Of a stretch of 54,057 nt of DNA, positions 45,561 through 54,057 are shown one piece after another; within the stretch, counting starts at the first letter, position 1, and every line of letters begins with the position of its first letter. This DNA is from a virus (taxonomy: Duplodnaviria > Caudoviricetes): the IMG/VR virus record IMGVR_UViG_3300048930_000256, positions 1 to 54,057 of that record; one strand, 5' to 3'. The notes beneath the pieces were generated by a model. The model ran no database searches. It was not told the origin of the DNA and saw only the letters and a list, made by a program, of their open reading frames with translations. Both the position numbers and the translations under genes were made by a program.

Positions 45561-47973
45561 GATAACAGCAGCCCAGTATGCAAAGCTGAGTGCTGCGGAG
45601 CGCTTGGCATTTTGTGGTGCGCTTGCAAGGAAGAGATGGGAGAAGCTTAGAAGGCCAGAACAAGTTCCGGGTATGTATCACCAAGATACATGGGTCACTC
45701 ACCTAACAATGGCTGGGAGAGGGTTCGGGAAAGAGCTTGCGCTTGATACGCCCATACTAACTGCAAATCGCGGCTGGATAACCATGGGTGATATTGAGGT
45801 TGGAGATGTTGTCTTCGACGAGTCTGGCGCTGAGTGTAATGTGACATTCGTTAGCGAGCCTACAAATGCCAAGCCGATGTTCCGACTCAACTTCTCGGAT
45901 GGCTCCAGCCTAGTAGCTTCAGACACGCATGAATGGCTAACGTCCAGCGCGTTAGAGCGTAAGGCTTCCAGAAGAAATGGCGGCGAGCTGAGGGCTACTG
46001 TTAGAGAAACTATTGAGCTGTATGCAACGCAAAAGCATGGGAGCAGGGGCGACACAAATCATTCCATACAGCTCTGCAAGCCAATTGTGTTCTCTCAAAT
46101 ACAGGAGTTAAAGGTAGACCCATACATGCTAGGCGTTTGGCTCGGTGATGGCGCCAGTAAGGAGAGGGTTTTACACCTCTCCAACAGGGATGAGTCATAC
46201 ATAGTATCTGGTATTGATTGCATAGAGAATGGCTTTAGAAAGCAATACAATGGATATGCCAAATATAGGATAGAGATGGATACATGGCAGGCGATGCGGT
46301 CGCATGGCCTTTCTGGGAACAAGCATATACCTCGCCAGTTTATGTCTGCTACTGTTGCCGAGCGAAAGTCTCTCCTTGCTGGGATTATAGACACCGATGG
46401 AACAATCAGCACTAAATCCGCCTGTGAAATAACACTTTGCAATGAGAGGCTTGCGCATGATGTTCACGAGCTTATCATCGGGCTTGGCATAAAGGCTGTT
46501 ATCAAGAAAAGCGCGGCGACGCTAAACGGGAAGACTGTTGGCGACAGGTGGAGGATAACATTCACCATCTATACAGGACACGAGATACCAGTTCGCTCAT
46601 CATTCAAGGCTGGAAGAATTAAGCCGGCTGGTAAGCAATCCACTCGGCAGGCGCACAGAATGATACGAAGTGTTGTGAGAACAGCCAATGTCCCATGTAG
46701 GTGTATTAGCGTAGATTCTCCATCAAGACTGTATCTTGCCGGCAGGCACCTTATTCCAACGCATAACACCCGTGCAGGCGCGGAATGGATTTTGAATGAG
46801 TGTATAAGTATGCCCGGAACTATGGCAGGCATACTAGCTCCAACATACGACCACGGCATAAAGGTCTGCTTATTCGGAGAGAGCGGCGTTATGTCACTAC
46901 TGGCTGACCACTCGACAGTAAAGTGGAATGAGTATAAGAAGCAGCTCACTTTTGCGAATGGAAGTATGATAACGCTCTACTCTTCAGAGCATCAGAAGAA
47001 CCTTGCAGGACCGCAGTTCCACAGGTTCTGGATTGATGAGCCGGCAGACCTAGCGCACGGCATGAGAGCATGGAAGAAGCTTAGGCCGGCGGTCAGACTA
47101 CCCACGATAGACGGCTCGCCGGCACGAATCCTCATCACGGGTACGCCGGCACCAGTCCCGCTTGTGCAGCATATCTGGGAGCTTACACAGAAGAACCCAG
47201 AGATTTACACGCTGTCTAATGGTCGCACGATGGATAACGAGGCCAACCTCGACCCAATGATGGTTCAGGAATTGTATGAGCGATACAAGGGCAGCAGATA
47301 CTTCCTTCAGGAGATGGAGGGGCAGCTACTCTTGCAAGCTGACGGCGCCCTATGGACATCGCAGGTTATACATGGGAACACGATACCGTATGACAAGGCG
47401 ATGCACTTCGATGAAGTTGTTGTTTCAATCGACCCAGCGGTATCAACTGAGAAACATGCTGACGAGACTGGCATCATCGTTGCTGGTATATCCGAGAAGA
47501 ATTGCTACATACTTGCAGACTATTCAGTTAAGGCCAGTGCCTTAGATTGGATTCGCAAGGCGTACTCCATAGCGCAAAAGCATGGCGCAAGAAAGATACT
47601 CTATGAGCGCAACCTAGCCGGGCCTATGATAGAGGACGTATTCAAGAAGGTTTTGCAAGAACACAACTCAAAGATTAAGCTAGTAAAGGTGCAGGCTAGG
47701 AAGTCTAAGGGTGTTAGGGCGGAACCTATTGCTGCGCTGTATGAGGCGGGTAGGGTGTTCCATGTGAGTGACACTCCAGACTCATGGGGGTCACTTGAAA
47801 AGCTAGAGTCGCAGATGACTACGTGGGAGCCTAAAGACTCTAAAAGCCCAGACAGGATAGACGCTCTTGTTCACGCCGTAAACTACCTTCTGGTCAAAGG
47901 AGCTGGAGGAGCTAGGGTCTACACGTCGAAGGACATCAAGACGAACATAACGATGACTGGCTGGAATAAGTGA
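45550..47973 (+). CDS. terL: terminase large subunit (intein-containing)
   Basis: Walker A AGRGFGK|T split by the intein; G.Q....WIDE; TGTP; nuclease IDPA...DETG; SPDRIDA. Confidence 0.95.
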   Translation: MKNKITAAQYAKLSAAERLAFCGALARKRWEKLRRPEQVPGMYHQDTWVTHLTMAGRGFGKELALDTPILTANRGWITMGDIEVGDVVFDESGAECNVTFVSEPTNAKPMFRLNFSDGSSLVASDTHEWLTSSALERKASRRNGGELRATVRETIELYATQKHGSRGDTNHSIQLCKPIVFSQIQELKVDPYMLGVWLGDGASKERVLHLSNRDESYIVSGIDCIENGFRKQYNGYAKYRIEMDTWQAMRSHGLSGNKHIPRQFMSATVAERKSLLAGIIDTDGTISTKSACEITLCNERLAHDVHELIIGLGIKAVIKKSAATLNGKTVGDRWRITFTIYTGHEIPVRSSFKAGRIKPAGKQSTRQAHRMIRSVVRTANVPCRCISVDSPSRLYLAGRHLIPTHNTRAGAEWILNECISMPGTMAGILAPTYDHGIKVCLFGESGVMSLLADHSTVKWNEYKKQLTFANGSMITLYSSEHQKNLAGPQFHRFWIDEPADLAHGMRAWKKLRPAVRLPTIDGSPARILITGTPAPVPLVQHIWELTQKNPEIYTLSNGRTMDNEANLDPMMVQELYERYKGSRYFLQEMEGQLLLQADGALWTSQVIHGNTIPYDKAMHFDEVVVSIDPAVSTEKHADETGIIVAGISEKNCYILADYSVKASALDWIRKAYSIAQKHGARKILYERNLAGPMIEDVFKKVLQEHNSKIKLVKVQARKSKGVRAEPIAALYEAGRVFHVSDTPDSWGSLEKLESQMTTWEPKDSKSPDRIDALVHAVNYLLVKGAGGARVYTSKDIKTNITMTGWNK
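45733..46767 (+). mobile_element. class-3 intein (345 aa) with LAGLIDADG homing endonuclease
   Basis: Begins ELALDTPI and ends PTHN before Thr+1; WCT signature (HEW, RCISV, PTHN); LAGLIDADG boxes YMLGVWLGDG and LLAGIIDTDG. Confidence 0.92.
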
Positions 47974-47985
47974 TAGGGTAATCTC

Positions 47986-48405
47986 ATGACCAACTTATTA
48001 GTGATATTGATTATTCTCGGAATTGGTACAGCTCGGATTACAGCGCTGCTTGCCAAAGACAAAATCTTCCACGGTCTTAGAGAGTTCATTTTCTACCGCT
48101 CTCCACCAGAAGACAATGACATGCTTGGCTACTACTATCAGGCGTATCACAAGGTCAGCAAAGAAGAGGCAGCTAAGAAACATTCACCGTGGCACAGTAA
48201 GAGGTATATCTGGAATAAGGATGGCGACGTGCGTAAAGAGGGATTCTTTGGCGCACTCTTTTCTTGCACTCGCTGCCTATCCGTATGGGTAGCTCTATTC
48301 AATTACCTTGCTTTCACCATCGAGCCTGTCTATACTATTTACTTCAATGTAGTAATGGGTATGTCATTCATATCTTCAGCAGCAATAGAAAGGTACTACA
48401 GATAA
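47986..48405 (+). CDS. DUF1360-like membrane protein, leaderless
   Basis: RIT.LL..D.I...R...G.L.SC..C.SVW; TGA-TAGGGT-N6-ATG. Confidence 0.75.
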   Translation: MTNLLVILIILGIGTARITALLAKDKIFHGLREFIFYRSPPEDNDMLGYYYQAYHKVSKEEAAKKHSPWHSKRYIWNKDGDVRKEGFFGALFSCTRCLSVWVALFNYLAFTIEPVYTIYFNVVMGMSFISSAAIERYYR

Positions 48406-48653
48406 TGAGCAACATCATTCGTAGCGTTCGCGTTAGGCATCCAAAGGCTCCAGAGTTCGAGATAGCTATTGGCGTACAGTCAAGGCCAAAGAGACTGTCT
48501 GACCTAGAAGCAGACACTGAGATGGAGCGCTACCCAGTTGTAGAGTTTTGGTATCACAATGGCGATGCAATGCCAGTCGGCTCGATGCGCCTAGAAAACT
48601 TCAATGAGCTTGTCGAAGAGGTTGCCAAGATAGGCAGCCGCATCATGCCATGA
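48405..48653 (+). CDS. hypothetical protein
   Basis: TAATG overlap. Confidence 0.6.
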   Translation: MSNIIRSVRVRHPKAPEFEIAIGVQSRPKRLSDLEADTEMERYPVVEFWYHNGDAMPVGSMRLENFNELVEEVAKIGSRIMP

Positions 48654-48892
48654 CAGAGAGCTGCCGCACATGCGGCCAGCACAGGTGGTCATTCGATGGA
48701 TATTGCCTATCAGTGAAATGCGCTGGCAGCTATAAGCATCCAAACTGGCCAAAGACAAAACCAGCCAACATTGCTGAAGAGCAGGCTGGAGCATTAGAAG
48801 TAAAGAGGCCGCGAAGCAAAAGGCTGCGCAGAGAAGCGGAAGCCTACTACGCATCAAAGGGCAAGGTCGCCCCGTGGCTGCTAGGAGATTGA
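48650..48892 (+). CDS. hypothetical protein (CxxC)
   Basis: ATGA overlap. Confidence 0.55.
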   Translation: MTESCRTCGQHRWSFDGYCLSVKCAGSYKHPNWPKTKPANIAEEQAGALEVKRPRSKRLRREAEAYYASKGKVAPWLLGD

Positions 48893-48893
48893 T

Positions 48894-49112
48894 ATGCAAT
48901 TACAAGAACACGATATTCACGGATTTCCAAATCATAAGCAGTTCGGTTTCCCAGATGAGGAGCTGTTTGGAGTCATGACATACTCTGGATACAACATAAT
49001 CCATGACGGCATTGGATATATGGGCGTGTGCGATAAGCATAGGTCGCGCTACTACTCAACAATCGAAGAGTGCGTAGCGTTCATCGACGGATTTCTTTTG
49101 AAGAATGGCTAA
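48894..49112 (+). CDS. hypothetical protein
   Basis: AGGAG RBS. Confidence 0.6.
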   Translation: MQLQEHDIHGFPNHKQFGFPDEELFGVMTYSGYNIIHDGIGYMGVCDKHRSRYYSTIEECVAFIDGFLLKNG

Positions 49113-49183
49113 AGTTTTCTGGATTCGTGCCGATAATCATAATACAGGCGGAAATATACTTGTTCAAATGATAATCGGGGGTA

Positions 49184-50140
49184 ATGATGAAATTCAGAAA
49201 TACAGCAATTCTGCTGGCTATTACAGGTCAGCTTGCTTTCTCTGGCACAGCAGCCGCAAACCAAGGGCAATTCCCTAGGCCATACGGCACGTTCTGCAAT
49301 ACAGCTCCAACGGTTGCGCATATCTGCGCCAATGTAGACGACTCATTCTCATACAAGCAGACAGCGGTTGATGCCACTGGTAGGGGATGGGGCTACCTAC
49401 GAACACACACTGGACAGCACACTCTGCACCACGACGGCTGCTACTACGTCTACAAGAGTATGCAGCAATGGTACTCAATGGGTTCACCAGTAGGCTCTAG
49501 GAATTGCGTGTATGTTGGCGGCCACTATGTAGACCACGTTCTATTCAAGTATATGTTCAATGACATACCAGCACAGGACATAGATGACTTCGTTCCATCC
49601 GAGCAGGTAATCATAGCGCAGCTTGTATCAGGTGGGCAAGTGATACAAGCAAATGTTGGCGTAAGCAAATCTAGTGGGACGAGCCTGAAAAGGTATTGTG
49701 AGTTCTATAGCGTCAGAAGCTGGATGACATCGCTTGGTAATCACATGAAAGAAGTTGCCTTAGATAGGACGCCGGATAGTATCATGCAGGCTTGCGGCTT
49801 CAAGCTTCGCTACAAGGACGCGCCAAAGAATGAGCCAGAGGACGGTTCAGGCTCATCAGACTCTAGCTCTTCACCAGAAGAAGAGACTGGCCAAGTAGTA
49901 GTTCCGGCAAACTCTAAGAAGTGCGGCACGGCTGGCCTAAAGAAAAAGCGTGTGGCTGTTCGCTCTACAAGCCTGAACTGCCGAGCGTCAAAGAATGTCA
50001 TCTCTTCTTACGCTAGGTCGTACAAGTCTCCAAAGGGATGGAGCTGTAGAGCAACGATTAGCGACAAGGGTGTTAGGGCGAAATGTGTTCGCAAATCTAA
50101 GAAGAGCAGGGTCGCTGCTTACGGGATATGGAGAAGGTGA
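49184..50140 (+). CDS. secreted Cys-containing protein of unknown function
   Basis: Signal peptide MKFRNTAILLAITGQLAFSGTAAA; Ser/Glu linker; basic C-terminal domain with four Cys. Confidence 0.75.
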   Translation: MMKFRNTAILLAITGQLAFSGTAAANQGQFPRPYGTFCNTAPTVAHICANVDDSFSYKQTAVDATGRGWGYLRTHTGQHTLHHDGCYYVYKSMQQWYSMGSPVGSRNCVYVGGHYVDHVLFKYMFNDIPAQDIDDFVPSEQVIIAQLVSGGQVIQANVGVSKSSGTSLKRYCEFYSVRSWMTSLGNHMKEVALDRTPDSIMQACGFKLRYKDAPKNEPEDGSGSSDSSSSPEEETGQVVVPANSKKCGTAGLKKKRVAVRSTSLNCRASKNVISSYARSYKSPKGWSCRATISDKGVRAKCVRKSKKSRVAAYGIWRR

Positions 50141-51057
50141 TTTGGCGCTGGGGATAGCATTGGTAAGTAGGGGACGCCATCAGACAAAAGCATATACCCC
50201 GGAGTCCACTTAGGGAATGTCGTAGTATATTGCCTAAGGTATGCTGTCTTGGCGTCATCGAACAAGCCGCCAAGCTCTACGCACCAGTGCTGTCCCCCTT
50301 TGTTCCTGCCAATAGCATGGTGATGCCTATGCCCAGCAGCAATGTGCATCTGGTGAATATCGCATAGCTCACGAGGAACAGTCAAAGGAATCTTGCTGTA
50401 TTGATTTGTGTGGCAGATATACCAAGTGCCAACCCCGCTCTCGACTAGAGCGTAGTCAAGGCCCGTCACATGTATCTTACTGAGGTCTTCTGCCGTCATG
50501 TCTGGCAAGAGCATCTTCACAGTCTGCTCAAAGCGAAGCCTGTACCCGAGTGACTCCATCACTCTATTGTCGTGATTACCTTTTGTGATAATTATTTTCT
50601 TGAACACTCGCAGCATAATCTCTAGTATCCGCTGGGCGTGAACCATCTCCACTTCCATGCCGGCGCCGGCCTGCTTAGGCGAGTACCTTGATAGGGCGTC
50701 TAGGTTGAATAGGTCTCCTGCTATGATTAGCCAATCCGTGCAGCCGAAGCGCATGGCATCGTCAATCATTTTCGCGGCGACTTCGTGCGAGATAAGCGGA
50801 ATATGCCAGTCTGAGCTGACTAGGCCACGTCCTCTTAGCACTATCTCCTGCATTGTTGATAGAGGCTCTACTGGATGCGGAAGTTCCAGCATCTCCAGTG
50901 CAACTTTGTTCAGCTCGCTTTTCTTGAATTTCTGAACTTGCCTCTGTATGGTTCGTTCGTGGAATCCGTGGTGATTCGCAATTGCCTTTGCATTTCCGTG
51001 AATTGCAAGCTCCTTGGCAATCCACTCCTTGTTCAAGTAAGGTTTCTTTGCGCTCAA
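50119..51057 (-). CDS. calcineurin-like metallophosphoesterase with N-terminal HTH-like segment
   Basis: SDWH, GD..N, GNHD, H and GHRH motifs. Confidence 0.88.
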   Translation of the reverse strand: MSAKKPYLNKEWIAKELAIHGNAKAIANHHGFHERTIQRQVQKFKKSELNKVALEMLELPHPVEPLSTMQEIVLRGRGLVSSDWHIPLISHEVAAKMIDDAMRFGCTDWLIIAGDLFNLDALSRYSPKQAGAGMEVEMVHAQRILEIMLRVFKKIIITKGNHDNRVMESLGYRLRFEQTVKMLLPDMTAEDLSKIHVTGLDYALVESGVGTWYICHTNQYSKIPLTVPRELCDIHQMHIAAGHRHHHAIGRNKGGQHWCVELGGLFDDAKTAYLRQYTTTFPKWTPGYMLLSDGVPYLPMLSPAPNHLLHIP

Positions 51058-51148
51058 CTCGGCTCCCCCTGCCGTCGCTTGCTATGACCTTTTGTGTGTG
51101 GCGACTAACCCTGCCAGCAGACTTTCTTCCCATAGTAAGGCGTATGCA

Positions 51149-51364
51149 CTATCCCTTACTTATGTATGTTGAAAGCATGAGTATAAGAATAGACTGTGTA
51201 ATCCCGTACACAAGTAGGGCGGCTTTGCCCCACGTAGAAACCGATGTCATAAACTTTGTGACCTCAGTATTGAATGTCTGCTGCTCTTTGGCCGCAACAG
51301 CCATCGTTTTCACGGCATCTTCAAGCTCGCTAATCCTATGCTCTATAATGCTCTGATTAGACAT
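51149..51364 (-). CDS. small lysis-module membrane protein (coiled coil plus C-terminal TM)
   Basis: Follows the endolysin; RISELE coil and hydrophobic tail. Confidence 0.6.
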   Translation of the reverse strand: MSNQSIIEHRISELEDAVKTMAVAAKEQQTFNTEVTKFMTSVSTWGKAALLVYGITQSILILMLSTYISKG

Positions 51365-51927
51365 TATCGTAGCTTTCGTACAAACGCCTCGACTTGGCTG
51401 AGGCTCCGCTCTCTGCGCATAACCTTGCCGCCATTGTCATTGCTTGATAGTGAAGTGTTTCCCTCGATTGCGTAGAAGGTTCCAGCCTTCTTGTTAATCC
51501 ACTTCTCAAAAAGTCCAACGTGGTCTGCTGCTCCGCCATCAAAGTCGAAAGCTACTGCGTCACCTTCGCGCACCCTGTCTCGATGCACAATAGAAAGCCG
51601 GTGCTTCTTCTGTTTAGCTAGGCTGACAAGCTCTGGAACGTAATCAATCTTCAGTGCAAGCTCGCGTGGAATGTCGTGCCCAGCTTTGCGCCACCAAGAA
51701 GCAACGGCCATACCGCACCACGGTACGCCGTCTTGTCGCCACTCGCGGCCATACTTTGTCTTATTAGAACCAGCAGGGCTTTCAGAGTATCCCAAATCCT
51801 TCTTAGCAATCTCGATAGAGCGCTTTCCTAGAGCGCGGGCAGACATATCTCGCCAAGCCCTCTTGTATTTTGGCTTCGGCTTTCCAGTAGCCTTCCAAAC
51901 TTGAATCCATCTAGGTAGCTTTGGCAT
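51364..51927 (-). CDS. endolysin, CHAP/NlpC-type amidase/peptidase
   Basis: GYSESP.GSN.TKYG, PWC, GD...F, DHVG and IEGNT motifs. Confidence 0.9.
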   Translation of the reverse strand: MPKLPRWIQVWKATGKPKPKYKRAWRDMSARALGKRSIEIAKKDLGYSESPAGSNKTKYGREWRQDGVPWCGMAVASWWRKAGHDIPRELALKIDYVPELVSLAKQKKHRLSIVHRDRVREGDAVAFDFDGGAADHVGLFEKWINKKAGTFYAIEGNTSLSSNDNGGKVMRRERSLSQVEAFVRKLR

Positions 51928-52154
51928 TACTCTGTTCCATCCATTTCTTCGTAGTAGGTATCAGAAACCCGCATAGCTTCGTCGAAGCCGCCGGGTTTAT
52001 CTCTAAACGCTCCAAGGATATAGCTGGCCATACCAGCGACAATCATCTGCGCAAGACTATGGGTATCTTCTGGAGCGAAGACAAGCATCACAGCTCCGAC
52101 AATGAGCGTGATTACTGCTAATACTATGTCGATAGGCTTTCTCATGCTAACCAT
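51927..52154 (-). CDS. putative holin (2 TM), leaderless
   Basis: Two hydrophobic helices; directly upstream of the endolysin; TAGGGT-N6-ATG. Confidence 0.65.
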   Translation of the reverse strand: MVSMRKPIDIVLAVITLIVGAVMLVFAPEDTHSLAQMIVAGMASYILGAFRDKPGGFDEAMRVSDTYYEEMDGTE

Positions 52155-52163
52155 AGCCTAACC

Positions 52164-53264
52164 CTAAGTCTTGATGATTTTATTGACGACCGTAAAGGGC
52201 TGCATAATCGAGAACTGGTTTCCTGTAGGATTGCCGTTGCCACCAGATGTAGGAACGGTGACTCCAGAGCTTGCGCTGTTTATAGTGACTGTGTGCGAGT
52301 GCGAGCCATTGGATGATGTCAGTTCGTTGTTGAGCTGCTGCTTGTTTGTACCAGAACCGCTAACAACTATAGAGTGCTGGTCTCCAAGGTCAAGCTGCTG
52401 CACTGTTGGCCCGCCAGATGAGCCTGCTACCCACCTTGTCACACCTTCTGGCACTGTGGTATTAACACTTCTGTTGGTAAGCGTAGCAGTTGTAGCTGTC
52501 ACAAATGACCGTCCAGATGTTCCAGTGCCGTGCGTGTGGTCTGGAGTCGTGCTGACAGAGTTGGTATGCGTATGCCCAGCGTCTGTCACGGTATGGCTAT
52601 GTGCTGGCAGGTTGCCAACATCAAGCTCAACGAACTCTTGGCCAGAAATGTATCCCAAATCATCAGGGTTAGACAAGACGCCGGCATCTCCAGCCGGAGT
52701 TCCCATATCGTCAAGGCCAACGCTTACCCTACCGCGAAGGTCTGGTAGCTGGAACATACCGCCGCCGGGGTCTACGCCGCCGCTACCATTGTGCCCAATG
52801 ACAGCAAAGAGTGTTGAGTATGTAGCCTGACTAACAAGCGAGCCATCGCAGGCCAAGAAGCCTACTGGAGCATTGTCTGCAAAGAAGTCGATGATAGCGC
52901 CGGTTGGCAGGTCTCCACCAGAGGCGGGTATAAGACCGATGCTTAGTCCGTCTGGCCCTACATTGATGGGCACTGGGCTTGCTGGGTCTATCTTCACTTC
53001 AGCAGATATACCGCCAGAGCTAATCTGCATATCAACACTGTCAGAGTCCTCGATATTTACATTCAGCTCTGGGCTGTGGCCATACGGTCCTCCCGGAGTA
53101 ATGTCTATCGCGCCATCGGTGTTTGTTGCCGAGAAGATTGTCTCTTGAACTGTAAGTGTCCAGCCGCCACTAAGCGGGTCTCCGTTCCCTGACAGCGTGG
53201 CAAGCTCTTCCGGCTCAACCTGTAGCTGGCATGAACACTGGTCAAAGCAGCCGCACAAAGACAT
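52164..53264 (-). CDS. tail fibre protein with tail-collar domain
   Basis: PTGAI..F....P.GFL.CDG..VS...Y..LFAVIG...F.LPDLRGR...; H.H repeats; C-terminal QPF..VN.IIK. Confidence 0.9.
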   Translation of the reverse strand: MSLCGCFDQCSCQLQVEPEELATLSGNGDPLSGGWTLTVQETIFSATNTDGAIDITPGGPYGHSPELNVNIEDSDSVDMQISSGGISAEVKIDPASPVPINVGPDGLSIGLIPASGGDLPTGAIIDFFADNAPVGFLACDGSLVSQATYSTLFAVIGHNGSGGVDPGGGMFQLPDLRGRVSVGLDDMGTPAGDAGVLSNPDDLGYISGQEFVELDVGNLPAHSHTVTDAGHTHTNSVSTTPDHTHGTGTSGRSFVTATTATLTNRSVNTTVPEGVTRWVAGSSGGPTVQQLDLGDQHSIVVSGSGTNKQQLNNELTSSNGSHSHTVTINSASSGVTVPTSGGNGNPTGNQFSIMQPFTVVNKIIKT

Positions 53265-54057
53265 TAGATTACTTCTCCGTTGTATGGCATGAATACTACT
53301 GTTCCGTCTACCTTAAAGCCTCGTTCGGTGAATCCGCCCGGCTGGTCTACAGTAATAAGATTGAGCGACTGGTTTGTTCCAACGTGCGATGCGATAGCAT
53401 TGAAGGACAATGTAGCGCCGCCAGCAACTTCGCCGATAATAATAGCCTCTTCCCAGCGTCGCTTATGGTGCGGGAGCCTGCTGTTTCTTTGTATGCCGCC
53501 AATATCCATAAACGTGCGGAGCGTTCCAACCCCGCCAAGTAGGTTGTTTACTGTCATCTGACAGTCAATGTGAGCGTTGAATGGTATGAACGCATTACCC
53601 TGTGTGACAGAATCTTCAGGGTTGTTATTGACATCATCAACCCACGCTCTAACAGCTCTCTGAGCAGAAGACAGGTTGTTGTCTCCTAGAATCGGGCTGA
53701 CAGAATCGTATGGAGAGATAAGGTCAAATCCAGAGCCATTACCAAAAGAGCTTCCGGGCGGCACAAAGCCGACACTGTATCCAACCCTAAATCGAGCTTT
53801 GATAATAGTAAGGCAGCGGCAAGAGTGCGGGTTTGTAATAGTGACCCCGTTTAGCGCGTTTGCACTAGCATCGCCCTCTGATGTACCCTGCGGTATATTA
53901 ATTGCATCGCCAGAATCAAAGAGCTTCCACCTAGCCCGCTTTGGGATGCTATACAGCTCACCGCCAGTAGAAAGCCCGAGCTGCTGAAAACAAGAATCTA
54001 TCGGTGTTGCTGCTGCTGGGTCGTCCCAAATCTTTGCTGCAATTCCTTGGCCGTCTA
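53264..54057 (-). CDS. 3' part of the junction-spanning minor tail/virion protein (start at 239)
   Basis: The frame is open from the window end to the stop at 53264; continuous with 1..239. Confidence 0.85.
   Translation of the reverse strand, partial: DGQGIAAKIWDDPAAATPIDSCFQQLGLSTGGELYSIPKRARWKLFDSGDAINIPQGTSEGDASANALNGVTITNPHSCRCLTIIKARFRVGYSVGFVPPGSSFGNGSGFDLISPYDSVSPILGDNNLSSAQRAVRAWVDDVNNNPEDSVTQGNAFIPFNAHIDCQMTVNNLLGGVGTLRTFMDIGGIQRNSRLPHHKRRWEEAIIIGEVAGGATLSFNAIASHVGTNQSLNLITVDQPGGFTERGFKVDGTVVFMPYNGEVI
53931..54057. repeat. 127-bp direct terminal repeat (copy 2)
   Basis: Identical to 1-127. Confidence 0.97.

Noticed and set aside
46775-46786. GGCGCGGAATG in terL resembling the small-gene junction repeat
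   Set aside because: It encodes the conserved AGAEW segment after Walker A and has no stop/start overlap; coincidental.
53931-54057. 127-bp terminal repeat as a biological DTR
   Set aside because: The length equals a common assembler k-mer and the repeat falls in the middle of a gene, so it is best explained as a circular-assembly overlap.
1-54057. Alternative genetic code (stop-codon reassignment)
   Set aside because: Standard-code ORFs tile the genome densely, TAG, TGA and TAA all end genes at sensible boundaries, and no suppressor tRNA was seen.

Overview
The window is a complete, circular(ised) tailed-phage genome of about 53,930 bp. Bases 1-127 equal 53931-54057, and one minor tail gene reads in frame across that junction. 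The minus-strand arm (23.9 kb down to 1, wrapping to 50.1 kb) carries a siphovirus morphogenesis module of the actinophage Rosebush/cluster-B type: portal, maturation protease, probably separate hexamer and pentamer capsid proteins, tail tube, frameshifted chaperone, a 1968-aa tape measure with M15-like and SLT domains, tail fibres, and holin plus CHAP endolysin. A single tRNA-Cys sits directly in front of this module. The plus-strand arm (24.2-50.1 kb) carries small early genes, a PD-(D/E)XK exonuclease with an ERF recombinase, an array of tiny Zn-finger-type genes, DnaB, SSB, a dNMP kinase, a secreted Rpf-like lysozyme, MT-A70 and FkbM-like methyltransferases, a sigma-70 factor, a resolvase, a probable TerS, and a TerL with a class-3 intein. 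No integrase, polymerase or primase was recognised. An actinobacterial host is inferred from TANNNT-N6-ATG leaderless starts, the Rpf-like gene and the virion architecture. The most unusual signals are (i) very Cys-rich virion proteins headed by a dedicated tRNA-Cys, (ii) a steep AATT-density gradient starting at the divergence point beside a TATCATGATA palindrome array, and (iii) a stand-alone secreted Rpf-like enzyme. All family calls come from motif recognition by eye, not database searches, and all counts are manual.
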